Of a stretch of DNA of 64,000 nucleotides, positions 25,174 through 38,002 are shown piece after piece. Source of the DNA: Ptychomitrium polyphyllum. Taxonomy: Eukaryota. The translations under genes were made by a program, and so were the position numbers. The notes under the pieces were generated by a model, which was not told where the DNA came from, did no database searches, and worked only from the letters and a program-made list of their open reading frames with translations. Position 1 is the first letter of the stretch; every line of letters begins with the position of its first letter. The stretch spans positions 19,096,001 through 19,160,000 of the forward strand of contig OZ316775.1 of the NCBI GenBank assembly GCA_973851085.1. The letters run 5' to 3'.

Positions 25174-26481
25174 ATGGCGGCTGGACTGCAGTGTCCTCAT
25201 GGCTGTGCTCTTGGACGAACCTGAATGTCATCTATGGCATCGTCAAGTGCTTTTCAGAATGACGGCGGATTTTCTATGTCCAAGTTTGCAAGAGTCGGTC
25301 ATGAAGAGGGAATAGTGTATAGGTTGTGTTATTGTGTTAGAGTTCAAGTTGTGGGTGAGAGAAGAAGGATTATTAATTGACGGCAGGTTGTGGTTGTGAA
25401 AGCCGATCTGCATGGCGAGGAGGTTGCAGTAGATTCGAATGATGCTTCTTCCAGCTCTCTTTTTCCTAGAATGCCTCCTTTATCATATTCCTAAATGTTT
25501 TCTCATTTCTCATTTTGCAATTTTGTGGTGCCAGTGGGACAAGCAATTTGATTATCTTGATGGAGAGGTGATGCACGATTGCGAAAGGGCAGAGGCGTGA
25601 AGCAGGACATTCAGCGCGGGTACAGATGATGAAGTGGTCCAGGTGGTCACAGCCTGGCAGCTCAATGACCGCATGTGAGTTCCTCCCTTCTATCTTTCTC
25701 TGTGATATCTTTAATTCTGGTCATTCAACTGCATCATTTTCTAGCTTGCAATGACAAACTTTGCTTTTGTGAATTAGGTACTGTGAATTACAGAGTTTGA
25801 ACAAGAAAGAAATGGTGGAGACTTTTGGTGATGTTAAATTCCGTGAGTGGAGACGAAGTTATGACATCCCTCCACTGAATGGAAAGAACCTTGAGAGATG
25901 TACAGAACGTGCTGTGAAGTACCTTGCCGAAAAAGTGAGCAAACTGCAACCTGATTACAACAACCTTGTGCATATGGTCTTGGTCTTTGTATCCCAAAAC
26001 CATAAACCTGTGGTTGCTGCCTGATCATGTCGTTCTGAAGTTTGTAACTGGGAAGAACGTCACGATCGCAGAGGTATTTACAGAATTAATTGCTCAGAGG
26101 GCTGAGTTTCGTAAATATGATTAGCAGATTGCAGTGACAGGTTGTGCCCAGTTTGTATGGTTGAGTTGAGAACTTTAACGAAGGCAAGGTTTTTCTTTGC
26201 ATTACACCTCTATTTTGGTACTTATCATAGGTCATTGAGCTTAGGCTAACAACTGCATCACTATGCTATAGGCCTTCAAAGAATCAAATTTTCTTAGGCG
26301 AGGAAGTCCAATCGGGCCAACAGTAGGTGGTGTCTTCTCCCTAACAATGGTAAAGCCTTCACCGTCTTTGCAAATCTTTGAGAATTTCCTACTCTCAGAA
26401 TCCCAACGTTCTGACATGGCTCTTTTCTCACAGGACCTTGCGATGAATAGAAATCAGTTTAGGAAAGACACTCTTAAGTGA
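25174..26481 (+). pseudogene. Cofactor-dependent phosphoglycerate mutase (histidine phosphatase superfamily) pseudogene with introns
   Basis: Remnant exons: AEA*SRTFSAGTDDEVVQVVTAWQLNDRM|YCELQSLNKKEMVETFGDVKFREWRRSYDIPPLNGKNLERCTERAVKYL, GKNVTIA, VIELRLTT../FKESNFLRRGSPIGPT and DLAMNRNQFRKDTLK*. A W->TGA stop and frameshifts are present. The RHG and AHGNSLR catalytic segments are not found. Confidence 0.85.
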
Positions 26482-27477
26482 AACAACTTCAATATTTAAC
26501 CCTTCTTTAGTTGTACATGAGACATCCACTGGTCACAAGTCATGTTGAGCAGTGCTCCTCTGCCAGCCGTTTGAAGAGGATACTACTTTTCTCTACACTC
26601 ACATTACCCTGCATTTCAACTCAGGAGTATGTACCAATGATAGTGCCTCGGGCGTGAGACACTCCTTTGTATATCTTCAAGAGACGCTCTCTGTTGGGAT
26701 GCATTGCTAAAGAAGAATCTTGCAGACTTAACGAGACTAGTAGATCCCACGTTGGCGATCATAGCAATCTTAGCTCAAAGGGCCATATACTGGCTCTCAA
26801 AAGGCAAGGTGGTCTTACACAGCACAAATTTAACCAACAATGTGAGCCTCAAATTCCTCCATGTCATTGAACTTGGGACCATCAAATGAAAATGTACTAC
26901 GTTGACATTCAAGGTTTAAAGTCTTAAAAGTCTTTGATGTGAAATAACTATTTGTTCACAGCAATGATCATGTGCATCTCTGCTTTACCATATATCATCA
27001 AAGTGAGAGGAATACACTAAACTGAATACAAAGTCCACAATAAGAAACATTGTTGAAGGAACAGACAACCCTTTGTGAACATCTTCATCAAGCTTGAAGT
27101 TTCCTCTCCATAAATTACACAAATTACTGCCTGTGGCCTTGTGTCTTGACTTTTTCTCTCATACCTGAGATGACTCGGTATTGAAACGTTCCCCAGGGAG
27201 AATATAAATGAGATGAATTTTCATGCTAACAAAAGCTAAAAAGTATACAGTGTAACAATCTATTTTGCTAATATATTTTTTGATAAAATCTAACATTGAA
27301 ATGATTGAAAACTTTATCTAAGAGATTAGATGATTTATTTGATAATTTTTATAATCAAACTAACAATTTTATGTATTATACATAATAGTTTCCTATTTAT
27401 AACCAGACACATCACAACTAGTTGTCTTTGCCAGATTTGATAAAATGAGATCTTATAACAAACTAAAAATGTTCCCT

Positions 27478-27583
27478 AAACGTTGAATATATCGTATCAG
27501 AATAATTTTAGAACAATTCATTTTACAACAAAACGTTGAATATATCGTATCAGAATAATTTTAGAACAATTCATTTTACAACA
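27478..27583 (+). repeat. Perfect 53-bp tandem duplication
   Basis: AAACGTTGAATATATCGTATCAGAATAATTTTAGAACAATTCATTTTACAACA at 27478-27530 and 27531-27583. Confidence 0.95.
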
Positions 27584-28720
27584 AACATGACAAAATATTT
27601 AACATTAAAATGATGTCTTTCAATCAACAATAGAGACACTAATCAATGCATGGGTTTATAAGCTAAGTTTTCACAACATCCATAAAACAATGTGAAAAGA
27701 CATTTAGGTCGTAACGATTTTTTGGGAAAAAATCACTTTTCAAACTTATGCAGACCAAAAACCAGAATATGAGAACCAATAGTAGACCCACTTAGGCGCA
27801 AAGCTTATAATCTCAACAGTAGCGTTATCATGCCAGAAAGCCTTGGCCGGATTTACAGTATGCAGCTACTGGGCACCACACATCTGATCCATTAGGGTCC
27901 CAAAAGACTGCCAGGTAGTACAGAGCTGAATATCTGGCGGAAGTTTCCATTTGAAATTGTCTCGCTCCACTGCATTGAACACCGTAGTATTGAATCTTGA
28001 GCGCATGCCTACCACCATGCTCACACCGTTGCCACAGTCGTAAGGGATGTATGTGTACACAAAAGCGTGAGAGCTCCTATAATTACTATCCTGCGAGGAT
28101 GGACATATGATTTTCTGAAATCTACAGATTTCATAGACAGTGTCAGCTTTGGGTGAAGTGACAGTTTTCATACTGCTGCTTGTAGCAGGAAGGGCTTGAC
28201 CTGGACCAACGTTCGTTCGTTCGAGCACGAACGATAGAAGGCTGAGGGGCGCATTTCCAATACAATTACTGCACCTAAAACGAGCATCATCTATGACAGC
28301 TGTAGATATAAACCTTGAAACTCAAATGCTAACTGTTTCAGGCCTGCACAGATAACATTGGTTTACTGTTAAGGGATGGTTTTAGGTAACACGCCTCTTT
28401 CCAGCTTTGCAGGCCAGGCTCGGCGTCAGAACAGAGCAGAGCAGAGCAGGGACCAGGGATGGGTTGCAGGACAGGACCTGGACGAACGAGAGAGGGCGCA
28501 GGGATTCATCGACGACGAACGAGTGGAGCGATTGCACGAACTTCCGAGGGCGTCGTTGGTATTTAAGCAAACCAGAGGAGAGATTGGACGAACGGAAGAG
28601 GGCACCGTCCTGAGCCGCGTCGTCCTCTGCATCGCTACAGAGGAAACAACGAGCAGTGCAGGCAGGCTGAGGAGAACGCATCCATGTGTTGGTTTGCGCT
28701 GATTTCCAGAGCGCTTCATC

Positions 28721-28728
28721 AAACCCTA
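28721..28728 (+). promoter_or_regulatory. Telo-box (AAACCCTA) upstream of SUD1
   Basis: Exact AAACCCTA about 350 bp upstream of the SUD1 ATG and about 115 bp before the GA tract; function is inferred. Confidence 0.4.
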
Positions 28729-28843
28729 GCGGGGCGGGCACGGAGTTGCTTCTTTCTGAGCTCCGGCAGGGCGGAGCGATGCGGTTTCTCCTGGTCGACG
28801 CTGCGGTGACCGTGATGGAGCGAGCGCACTGAGGGAGAGGCGT

Positions 28844-28865
28844 GAGAAGAGGGAGAGAGGGAGAG

Positions 28866-28937
<72 letters not shown>

Positions 28938-28965
28938 CGAGAGAGCGAGAGAGAGAGAGAGAGAG
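28844..28965 (+). repeat. (GA)n microsatellite in the SUD1 5' region
   Basis: About 120 bp of GA dinucleotides with a few AA/GC interruptions. Confidence 0.97.
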
Positions 28966-29072
28966 GACTGAAAGAGGCCGTGATGAGTGGGTTGAGTAAG
29001 GTGCGGTGTGTGAGAAGTTGAGGAGCGGGAGCCAAGGGAGTATCGAGAGCCGGGAAAGGCGAGGCAACGGTT

Positions 29073-32000
29073 ATGGAGGAGATTGATGCGGTCGAGCCGC
29101 CGCGGACGGATGCACAAGGTTTAGTGGAGGAGCGGGAGAGGGAGAGGGAGAGGGAGGAGGGGGAGAGGTCTAGGGGCGTTGAGGTATCTGGAGAAGAGGT
29201 GGGCAATCGGAGTCAGCAGCAACTGCCGGACGGAGATCCTGATGATGAAGAAGATGTATGTCGAATCTGTCGGACTCCTGGAGATGCAGATTCGTCGTTG
29301 TATCATCCTTGTGCTTGTAGTGGCAGTATCAAGTATGTTCACCAGGAATGTCTCCTGCAGTGGCTCAACCATAGCAATGCCCGGCAGTGCGAGGTACGAC
29401 TTCCATGCTTGCAGATGTGTGGAACATAGGGGGCCCAGGCTTAGAGTGGATTTTTCTAGGAATTTCTCTTAGAGGTTATATGTGCTTTCTGATGTAGCAT
29501 TTTCTATTTTTTGAGGTCGATAATTCGGAGAGCTTGTGTTACATCATTACTACCTTGTTGGTGTTGTCAGGGCAGGAATTCAGTAGTTAGGTTTGGCATG
29601 TTTAGATCCTGGTCCGGGACTTCTTCACATCGGAGTATACGCCATGTAATTTAGAAAGTCATTACATGTTTATTACGGTTCCAGTTTGTTGTCCATCAAT
29701 TGAACTTGGTAGCGACACATTCGTCATCAACTAGGTTATAATAAGATTCAATTATTAAACATCGTTAACAGTAGCTGAATTTTGACCGGGCTTGCGTTTT
29801 TCTACTTTTTGAACTCTGTTCTATATTTATAATAGTCATCACATGATTAGGGCTTGGTAGGAGGAGTTTCGTGGTTCCATCATGTAGGTCTAGAGAATGA
29901 CAGGTTGTTCGGTTTGGTAATGCAGGTTTGCAAGCATATGTTTGCATTTTCACCTGTGTATGCAGAGAACGCACCAGCCAGGCTTCCTGTGCGAGAGCTC
30001 TTTCTAGGCATGACATTGAAAGCTGTGAAAGGGACACGCTTCTTCGTTCGTCTGTTATTTGTAATCTGTGTGTGGCTTCTGCTGATCCCTTTTGTAACTC
30101 TTTGGATTTGGAGGTTTACGTTCGTGCGAAGTTTGGTTGAAGCCAAGCGTCTCTTTTTCAGTAGGTGGACTTTTGGTCTGCTAATCACAGATTGCTTGCA
30201 CGGATTTCTGCTGTCAGCTGGAATTGTGTTTATCTTTCTCGGCGTGACATCCTTAAGGGAGTACTTTCGGCATTTACGAGAAATAGCTGGAGGGCTGGAT
30301 GGCGAAAGGGAGGATGAAGGGGTAGACAGGGGCTTGGGGGGACGAGCTGGGAGGCGCATAGGCCAGGTTGTTGCTGGAGTCAGGGGTTTGGGTGGTGACG
30401 GGGGCCAGGCAAACGGAGGCCCGCAAGCCAATCATGATATGGCTATTGTACCAGCACCTGCTCAAGGTCTTGCAGCTGGAGCTGGTCAGTTACTGCGTCG
30501 AAACGCGGAGAACGTCGCTCTTCGCTTGGAAATGCAAGCCGCACGGCTAGAGGCTCATGTTGAACAAATATTTGATGCAGTTGAGGATGCTGACGGTGCT
30601 GAGGATGTGCCTTTCGATGAGCTTGTGGGAATGCAAGGACCCGTATTCCACTTACTCGAGAATGCCGTTACAGTAAGTTGTATTGGTTATGTGGCAGTCA
30701 AACGTTAGGTAGAGGGAATTTGTAGAGGTAATTAGGAACTTCTACTCCTGCTTTTAAAATTGAGGTCTTGTCTGGGCAGTTGCTGTATACCTTAGCCGGT
30801 GTCTTTTTCTCCCGAGTCTGAATTAAGATTTTTTGAATTTGGCTTTCTGTTTGCAGGTTTTGCTGAGCAATGCGCTTTTTCTGGGAATTGTTGCTCTAAT
30901 ACCGTTTACTCTGGGTCGGATTATTATATCTGTTTTCTCAAAGATAATGGTAGCCACAGGAAGTGTCAGAACCATGACTCGTTGGCCAGAGACATCTATC
31001 GGTGTCTTTGGTGCTAATGGCAGCTCCACTGTCCGAGGCTTGGATGTTAGTCCTGCTTCTCTGTTGATGGCAGAACGAAAAGAAAGCAATAACAGCTTTT
31101 TCGATATATTGGGGATTGGAGAAAGCACTTCAAGTTATAATGCAACAGATGCGGTTGATGCAGTTACAGAAGCTATGGTGTCAGCGTTCAGGTTTTCAGA
31201 TGCCGCAACGGTGGCTGTAGGTTATATGGCAATCTTTTCAGCTATAATGTTCTACCTAGGACTTATTGCTCTCATAAGATATAGTCGAGGAGAACCCATG
31301 ACTGTTGGAAGAATCCGTGGAGTTGCTTCTATGGCGGAGGCTGCGCCATCAGTAGCTCGACAAGTCATGGCTGGAGTGAGTTATATGGCTACAGGGGCAA
31401 AGGTTGCGTTTTTGCTTTTTATCGAGCTTGGAGTGTTTCCGTTACTCTGTGGATGGTGGTTGGATATTTGCACTTTGGGTATTCGTGATGTTACACTTAC
31501 TCAAGCTGTAGCGTTTTTCATAGCATCACCCTCAATGAGCTCTTTTCTACATTGGTTAGTTGGGATCGTCTATATGCTGCAGATCAGCATCTTTGTGAGC
31601 CTATTGCGAGAGGTACCATGAATTTTCCTCTTTCACTCATCTTTTCGCGTATGTTTATTCATTTTTTCCAAGTATCTTTCGTTCTGCAGTTTCGATGGAC
31701 GTCCGTATTTTCTTACCATTATTTCCTACTTATTTGCATCCTTGTATTGTTTTACTGCCCGACCTATGTATTATTTATTAATGACCTTTTTGGAACCAGA
31801 AAAATGTGATTGCTAGAGATCTAACAATTGAGGTGCATCAGATTCTTCTTTACTGTTATTCATCAGATTGCTGTGTCGTGTATTTCAGGTACTCAAACCA
31901 GGGGTTTTGTATTTCCTGCGAGATCCGGCCGATCCTAACTACAATCCATTTCGAGATCTTATTGATGATCCTTTGCACAAGCATGCCCGTCGTGTTCTCC

Positions 32001-35000
32001 TTTCTGTGGTGGTATATGGCAGTCTTATTGTCATGCTGGTGTTTTTGCCTGTCCGACTAGCAATTTCAATTGCTCCTCATATGTTTCCATTGGATATAAG
32101 GTAAGTCTCAAGCACTGCAACTATTTTTACCAATTTGTCACTGTACAAAAGTTGTGTTGAGTGTGTACAATATTCTTTGATAAGTTTTAGTAGTATTCAT
32201 TGATAACTAATTAGACTATATCATGATCCGACTCAGATTGTTGTCTGTGCAGTTTATGGTGATAGCGACTGTGCTTTCTAATTATTACAATTAATCATCT
32301 GTTGAGGGGAATGGGTTGTCTTGGTCTTGCAGGGTATCGGATCCGTTCACTGAGATCCCAGCAGATATGTTGTTATTTCACATCTGTATTCCATTTGCTG
32401 TGGAGCACTTCAGGCCGCGTGCGACTATTAAGACCGTTCTCTTCCACTGGTTTTCAACTGTAGGCTGGGCTCTGGGCTTGTCAGAATTTCTGCTTCCTGG
32501 AGCTGAAGAAGCAAATGGAGTGGCTCTCAATAACAATAATGATGAGAGGGGACAAGACAGAGGTAATAACATTTTTGATGAGAACCGGGCAAGAGCTGGA
32601 TTTGGTGATGCTGGAGGAAATCGTCACCAGATTGAAACTCCATCTGATACTGTCGAGGGCAACGACGTATCTGACTCCGAAGATGAACATGAAACGGAAG
32701 AGTACGTATCTTTGTCCATTCATATATTCTATGTTCTGCTGGTACTACCCAGGTCTTAAAATTTGAATTACTGTAAATCGTCACAAGTTAATGTTATCTT
32801 AACATTCCGTCGTTTCTGATTGAAGTCATGGCTACATACTTGTTTGCTTGTGTATTTTAGTTTTTCTGTGTTTTGGTCTTTTTTTATACTTACGCATGTT
32901 ATGAGTCTCATGTATTTTGAGCTGATTTGCTTATTAGTGGCGCCATGATGTTTTGTTCTCAATTTCATGCTTTATATTGTGTTGTTATGTGGGGTCTATT
33001 CATCAGTACATCTTTGACTATCCTCTATTCCTTGTAAGCGATTACTAGATATTGAGGATGATTTAGAATCTTCGACTTTCCAACCTGTGGTTGAGTTTCT
33101 TTTTCATAATCCTGCTGCATTGCCGTAGTTTTAAGTTCTCGGTTGAGTAGCTGTTTGTATGCTTCTCAGTTCTGATCGAGTCTGTTAAGCTGCTTTTGAG
33201 AAAGACGGGTATGACATTAATACTCAGAATTGAACATGCACTTGGTTAGACAAATCAATGTAGAAGCAGTTTGATACAACTATACTCTCTTTCTGTAGTT
33301 TTTTTTCGTCCGATTTAACACACTGATCCTTGTGCTGCATTGGTCATCAGGCATCAATTTGCATCACGAATTGTTCTCCTTTTACTGGGAGCATGGTTAA
33401 CTCTGCTAGCATTTAATTCGATCATGGTGCTCCTTCCTATCTCCATTGGACGAGTTATATTCGCTTCCTTCTCGCGTCTCCCCATCACTCGTGGTGCAAA
33501 GTGCAATGGTGAGAAGCATGCTTTGGCTGTACGATATTTATAATCTTCTGGAGTCACTCTTGGTTTGTTTTGGTCACTTCACTTTGCAAGGTTGAAATGA
33601 AGAGTTTGCTGGAAAGCATTTATTATGCATGCTTGTATATCGGTATTGCTAGTGATTCAAGGGCGGTGTTATCCATTAAACGTTCTGGACAAGAATTGAG
33701 TGTGCTTGTGAAGCTGTTGTTTGGAATTTTGACATGGTTGTTTCATTTGTTGCAGATTTGTACGCATTCAATATTGGGTGCTATGTGCTTTGGGCTACTG
33801 CTGCAGCAGTACAATACGTGGTGGATTACCTGCGGACTCATGACATTCGGGTCTTTTTGCGACAGGTTGTCAAGTGGTCATCCATTATAGCGAAGAGCTT
33901 CGTGCTCCTATCACTCTGGGTAGGAGAAATCTTCTCTTACCTTCAACCTTCATCATTAGTGATGTTGTTTTTACTGCTAGTACAGATTGCTTAATCAAAT
34001 TATTACATATTCTAATTGATTTTGTAAGAGTGCCTCTATCTGGTAAATTTCAGGAGAATCCATTTGGGACAACCTCAGTTAATACTGAGTGGGTATTGCT
34101 TTTTGCAGATTGTGGTTATTCCAGTCCTTATTGGCCTTCTTTTTGAGCTGCTGGTTGTTGTACCCTTGCGAGTACCTATTGATGAGAGCCCAGTTTTTCT
34201 CCTCTATCAAGATTGGGCGTTAGGATTGGTGTTTCTGAAGATCTGGACAAGACTGGTGAGTAGTTTACACAGAGTTAATTCTCACTTCTAAGAATCACAG
34301 TCGGGACATTGTTGATTCAAGTTCGTGGATTCTTGCATGTTATTTGCTTTGATTAGCTTAGTTTTTTAGGGCAGGCTTCGTTGATTGACAAGTAACGGTT
34401 GTTGTAGTGTCTAGAAAGCACAGTGTTGAGTCTCTAAGGCCTGATCTTTATTTAACAGGTGATGCTTGGACAGATCGTGCCCTTGGTTGATGACAGCTGG
34501 CGATTGAAGTTTGAGCAAGTTCGGAACGATGGGTTTTCCCAATTAAGAGGTTGGTGGGTGTTTACAAGTATTGTTGCTCCAATACTCATCCACCTCTTGA
34601 CAGCTCTTTGTTTGCCGTACGTCTTTGCGCGGGGGGTGTTTCCTCTTCTCGGGTATTCATTGATGGCCAACTCGGCAGTATATCGGTATGCCTGGCTTGG
34701 GTGCCTTTTCGTTGGACTTTTCTGGTACGGTGGACATCGACTTCATCAATGGATGCTGGATCTTCATGACTCTATTCGTGATGATCGGTATCTTGTGGGA
34801 AGACGGCTACATAACTATGGAGATCACAAGAAGGCTCCACCTAGCCCAGGGCCCTTGACTCTACTATCATCGGGTAGGATATTATGTATTCATCATTTGT
34901 GGTATTATTTTGCACATTTGTCTTGATGTGCTGACTCATGGAAATCCGATGGCATTGTCCTCTCTTTTAACAAGCATATGTTTACTACTAGATTGGCAAC

Positions 35001-35436
35001 GCATTGCAGATGAACAGAAATTTGTTTAGCAGTTTGGATTGCATGGCATTCTACCTAGCTAGTATTTTGTAACCTTGGGGAGACAATTTTCAGTACATAC
35101 CCATCACTAAAATTATTATCCGGTGGGTCATAATCGGTAATATTATAATATTAAAGGTTAAACTTTTAGTAATGATGTGTATTTTCTCCAGGGTTGGAAG
35201 AAGCTGAGGATGGTGCAGATGTGCAATCAAATGAAGCATCCCAAATAGGTCTAAATTCAGGGGAGCAGAAAAAAAGTGAAGCTGAATTGGAAGCAGCAGC
35301 ATTCCACGTGGGTAGCTTTGGGACGAGTTCAGAGAGAATGATGGACCCTGCATCGACAGGAGCTCACAGCATGGGGGCGACAGCTAGCACACTAAAATTT
35401 CGGGGCGCTGTCAGCCGTGAAGGCATTAGTAGTTAA
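29073..35436 (+). CDS. SUD1: SUD1/CER9/DOA10 (MARCH6-like) RING-CH multi-pass ER E3 ubiquitin ligase
   Basis: N-terminal RING-CH CRIC..PCACSGSIKYVHQECLLQWL..CEVCKH. Conserved AEDVPFDELVGMQGPVFHL, LFIELGVFPLLCGWWLDIC, FLRDPADPNYNPFRDL, QDWALGL and IRDDRYLVGRRLHNY motifs. GT-AG exons in frame. Confidence 0.96.
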
Positions 35437-36334
35437 GACATCACTCAGCCTTTCAGTATGGTCAATGAGTTGCATCATGTTGACTTTGAGTTGCACTTTT
35501 GTAAAAATGTAGGTAGGTACACAGGTTTGTTGAGCAAAGTATGTGCCTTTGAATGGCTGTGCAATTCGTTGGTCTGATGATGAGTCCCCTTTCATAACTG
35601 GGATGTACAAGTCTGGTTGTGACGACTATCTGAGTCTCACCAGTCTGCAGTGCCTTCTGTCATGTGTGTTAGATCCTTTCATGGCAGAGGTTTCCTGCAG
35701 AAATGGAGGTCACATTTAAACTTTGTAGGTATTTTAGCTTTCTTTTAAATTTAACCTCATTTTTTTGTACTATCAAAATCTCTCTGGACGATACTCTTGT
35801 GACATAAAGATATCTATATTTTACAGAACGTTCTAGAATCTTGTCCTCGTCCTTCTGGGCAGCGTAGTATTGTGTGTACTTTCGAATTGTATGCTTTATG
35901 GCACGATATGTGACTAGGAAGAGTACTTCATGCTGGGCAGTAGTGCCGATAAGTAGGACATTCGAGGTCAGCAGCGTGAATATAAAACTGGTCACGTAAT
36001 TTGGTTAACTCAAACTGGCAATATCTGATCGAAGGTGTCATAAAGACCCAATGCAGTGCAATTTGTGAAACGCAATTTGTCGTGATGAGTTGGGCTACGT
36101 CTATACTTGATCACATCAGAGTTGCTAGTTTGAGAATCTATGTGGTGGATTAGTCTGAACTTTTCTACGATGAGTTGACGACTGTTATAGAACTGCAATG
36201 GTTTGGATTGATTTCACTTTTGACACTAATGAAGAACAGTTGCCTGCATTGAAGATTTGTTGGCTTTGTTAGTTCTACAAGTTCGATTGCTAGAAGTGGC
36301 TTTGTCCTGAAATAGTGAATTTGATGCTCAACAA

Positions 36335-36417
36335 TGAACAACGACAAGGTGCACCTTCGATCATATGAACATCGAAAACACCTTCGATCAGATAAACGCC
36401 GAACTGCACCTTCGACT
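36335..36417 (+). repeat. Three diverged ~27-bp tandem units sharing CACCTTCGA, with an inverted 17-bp copy upstream
   Basis: Cores at 36352, 36379 and 36407. 36022-36038 (TATCTGATCGAAGGTGT) is the exact reverse complement of 36378-36394. Confidence 0.8.
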
Positions 36418-37935
36418 CCTGCATACCAATTCTCCGAAGCTAGATTGGCTCTTCAGAAGCCAACAAGATGGCTAAAGACAGACCAGTTGACAGCCGGCCG
36501 ACTTCCCAAAATATCATTAAAGACAATTGCCCAACTGCCCTGCAATTCTTACCTACGCTCTTATATCTTTAAAATCTCCATTTCCCCTTGAATCGTGAAA
36601 TACATACCTTTGTTCCACAACTGCGGTACCACTATTGCCGTACCTCTAGAATACCTGCAGTGGTAGAGGCAACTTTTTCATCCTTCCTCCATCCTGCCCG
36701 TGATTGTTTCTGTCATAGAGGTTTCTGTAGTGGGAATGGCAGTTTTGCTACCACCGCTCACCGCTAATTCTAAGATGTTTGTGCCTCAAGTGGGAATGGG
36801 CACTACGTCTAAATTGGTTTTGAACTCGCCTTCCTGTAAGTTTTGAACTTTCCTTTATTTTGTACCTTACTGCTTCATGTTGTACCACTTCTCGTACACA
36901 ACTTCAGACTGGTCAGGTACATGAAACATTTTTGCACAAGTGGTGAACCAACTGCAAATACCTGCACAAGACTATCACAACCGAAAAATCAATCAGTTAT
37001 TAATAAATTTGTCACTGAGTGACTTAAAATATGTAATTATGAGGGAAAAGCTGCCTCGCACTACAATTTGCATGGCACCTTTCAATCACCGAAATGTCAA
37101 ATGGATAGTATTGCATTTCTAACTTGCTTGCAAAGTCGAATAACTTTCTTTTCTCAGGCCAAAGAAGGGTAGTAAGGTAGTTGTAGTTGTAGTTGTTCTC
37201 TATTCAAGAACAGTGATTACACAAGTATGTATGTAGAAGCAGTGACTTAATTTTTGGAAATGTTTTGCTTTGTTCAAGTTGAGGAGATAGATGGTGCTTG
37301 ATTGATGCCTACATCCTAAGTTATCACCTTCTTTGCATACACATAAGTGTGAAATAAAACCCATTCATTCATATGAAATTACTACTTGAAAATACAATCA
37401 TTGCAAAATATTGGAAAATCACATAAAATAAGCATAAAAAATATTTAGATTTGGATATTAAATGACCAAAACACATCTGTCATAGCTGTACGATTATTAT
37501 ATAGAATTTGAAGAATATCATCAAATTTTTGGAATTAAGAGGGCTGATTCATCAAATCATTTATATTTGCCAAATTTTTTATAATAAGCTTTACAGGCTC
37601 TTGTGGTTAAAAATACTAGATTAAATTAGTTACAACAAAATAAAGAGAATTGATGAAAGCTTGGTTATAATTTTCTTGAGAACATAGTATTATAATATGG
37701 AGTAACCCATTTGTGCACAAATGATAAATAGACATTCAATGAGCCTTAGGTTATTTTTCACAATTTGAAATCCTTTTATATTTATAAAAATCCATTTGGC
37801 AAAAAATTGGCTTTCTCCTAAGTAGGTAATATGTGTTGAAATTCCTCTATATTCTTTAAGTAATTATCTATGATTCAAATCTTGTAATTTGTTAAAAATC
37901 AGTCACAATTTAGATACTTCTTTAATGTTTCTGTG

Positions 37936-38002
37936 GTTTAGCAAGTAAATGTTTATTTTTTTTCCATGTAGTTTAGCAAGTAAATGTTTATTTTTTTTCC
38001 AT
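37936..38002 (+). repeat. 35-bp-period tandem duplication in AT-rich intergenic DNA
   Basis: GTTTAGCAAGTAAATGTTTATTTTTTTTCCAT at 37936 and 37971. Confidence 0.9.

Noticed and set aside
28382..29206. 274-aa minus-strand ORF with SLSLSL runs
   Set aside because: It is an artefact of the stop-free (CT)n microsatellite and is antisense to SUD1.
36335..36417. Mini CRISPR array
   Set aside because: The conserved core is only 9-12 nt and the intervening sequences are related to each other, so this is a diverged tandem repeat.
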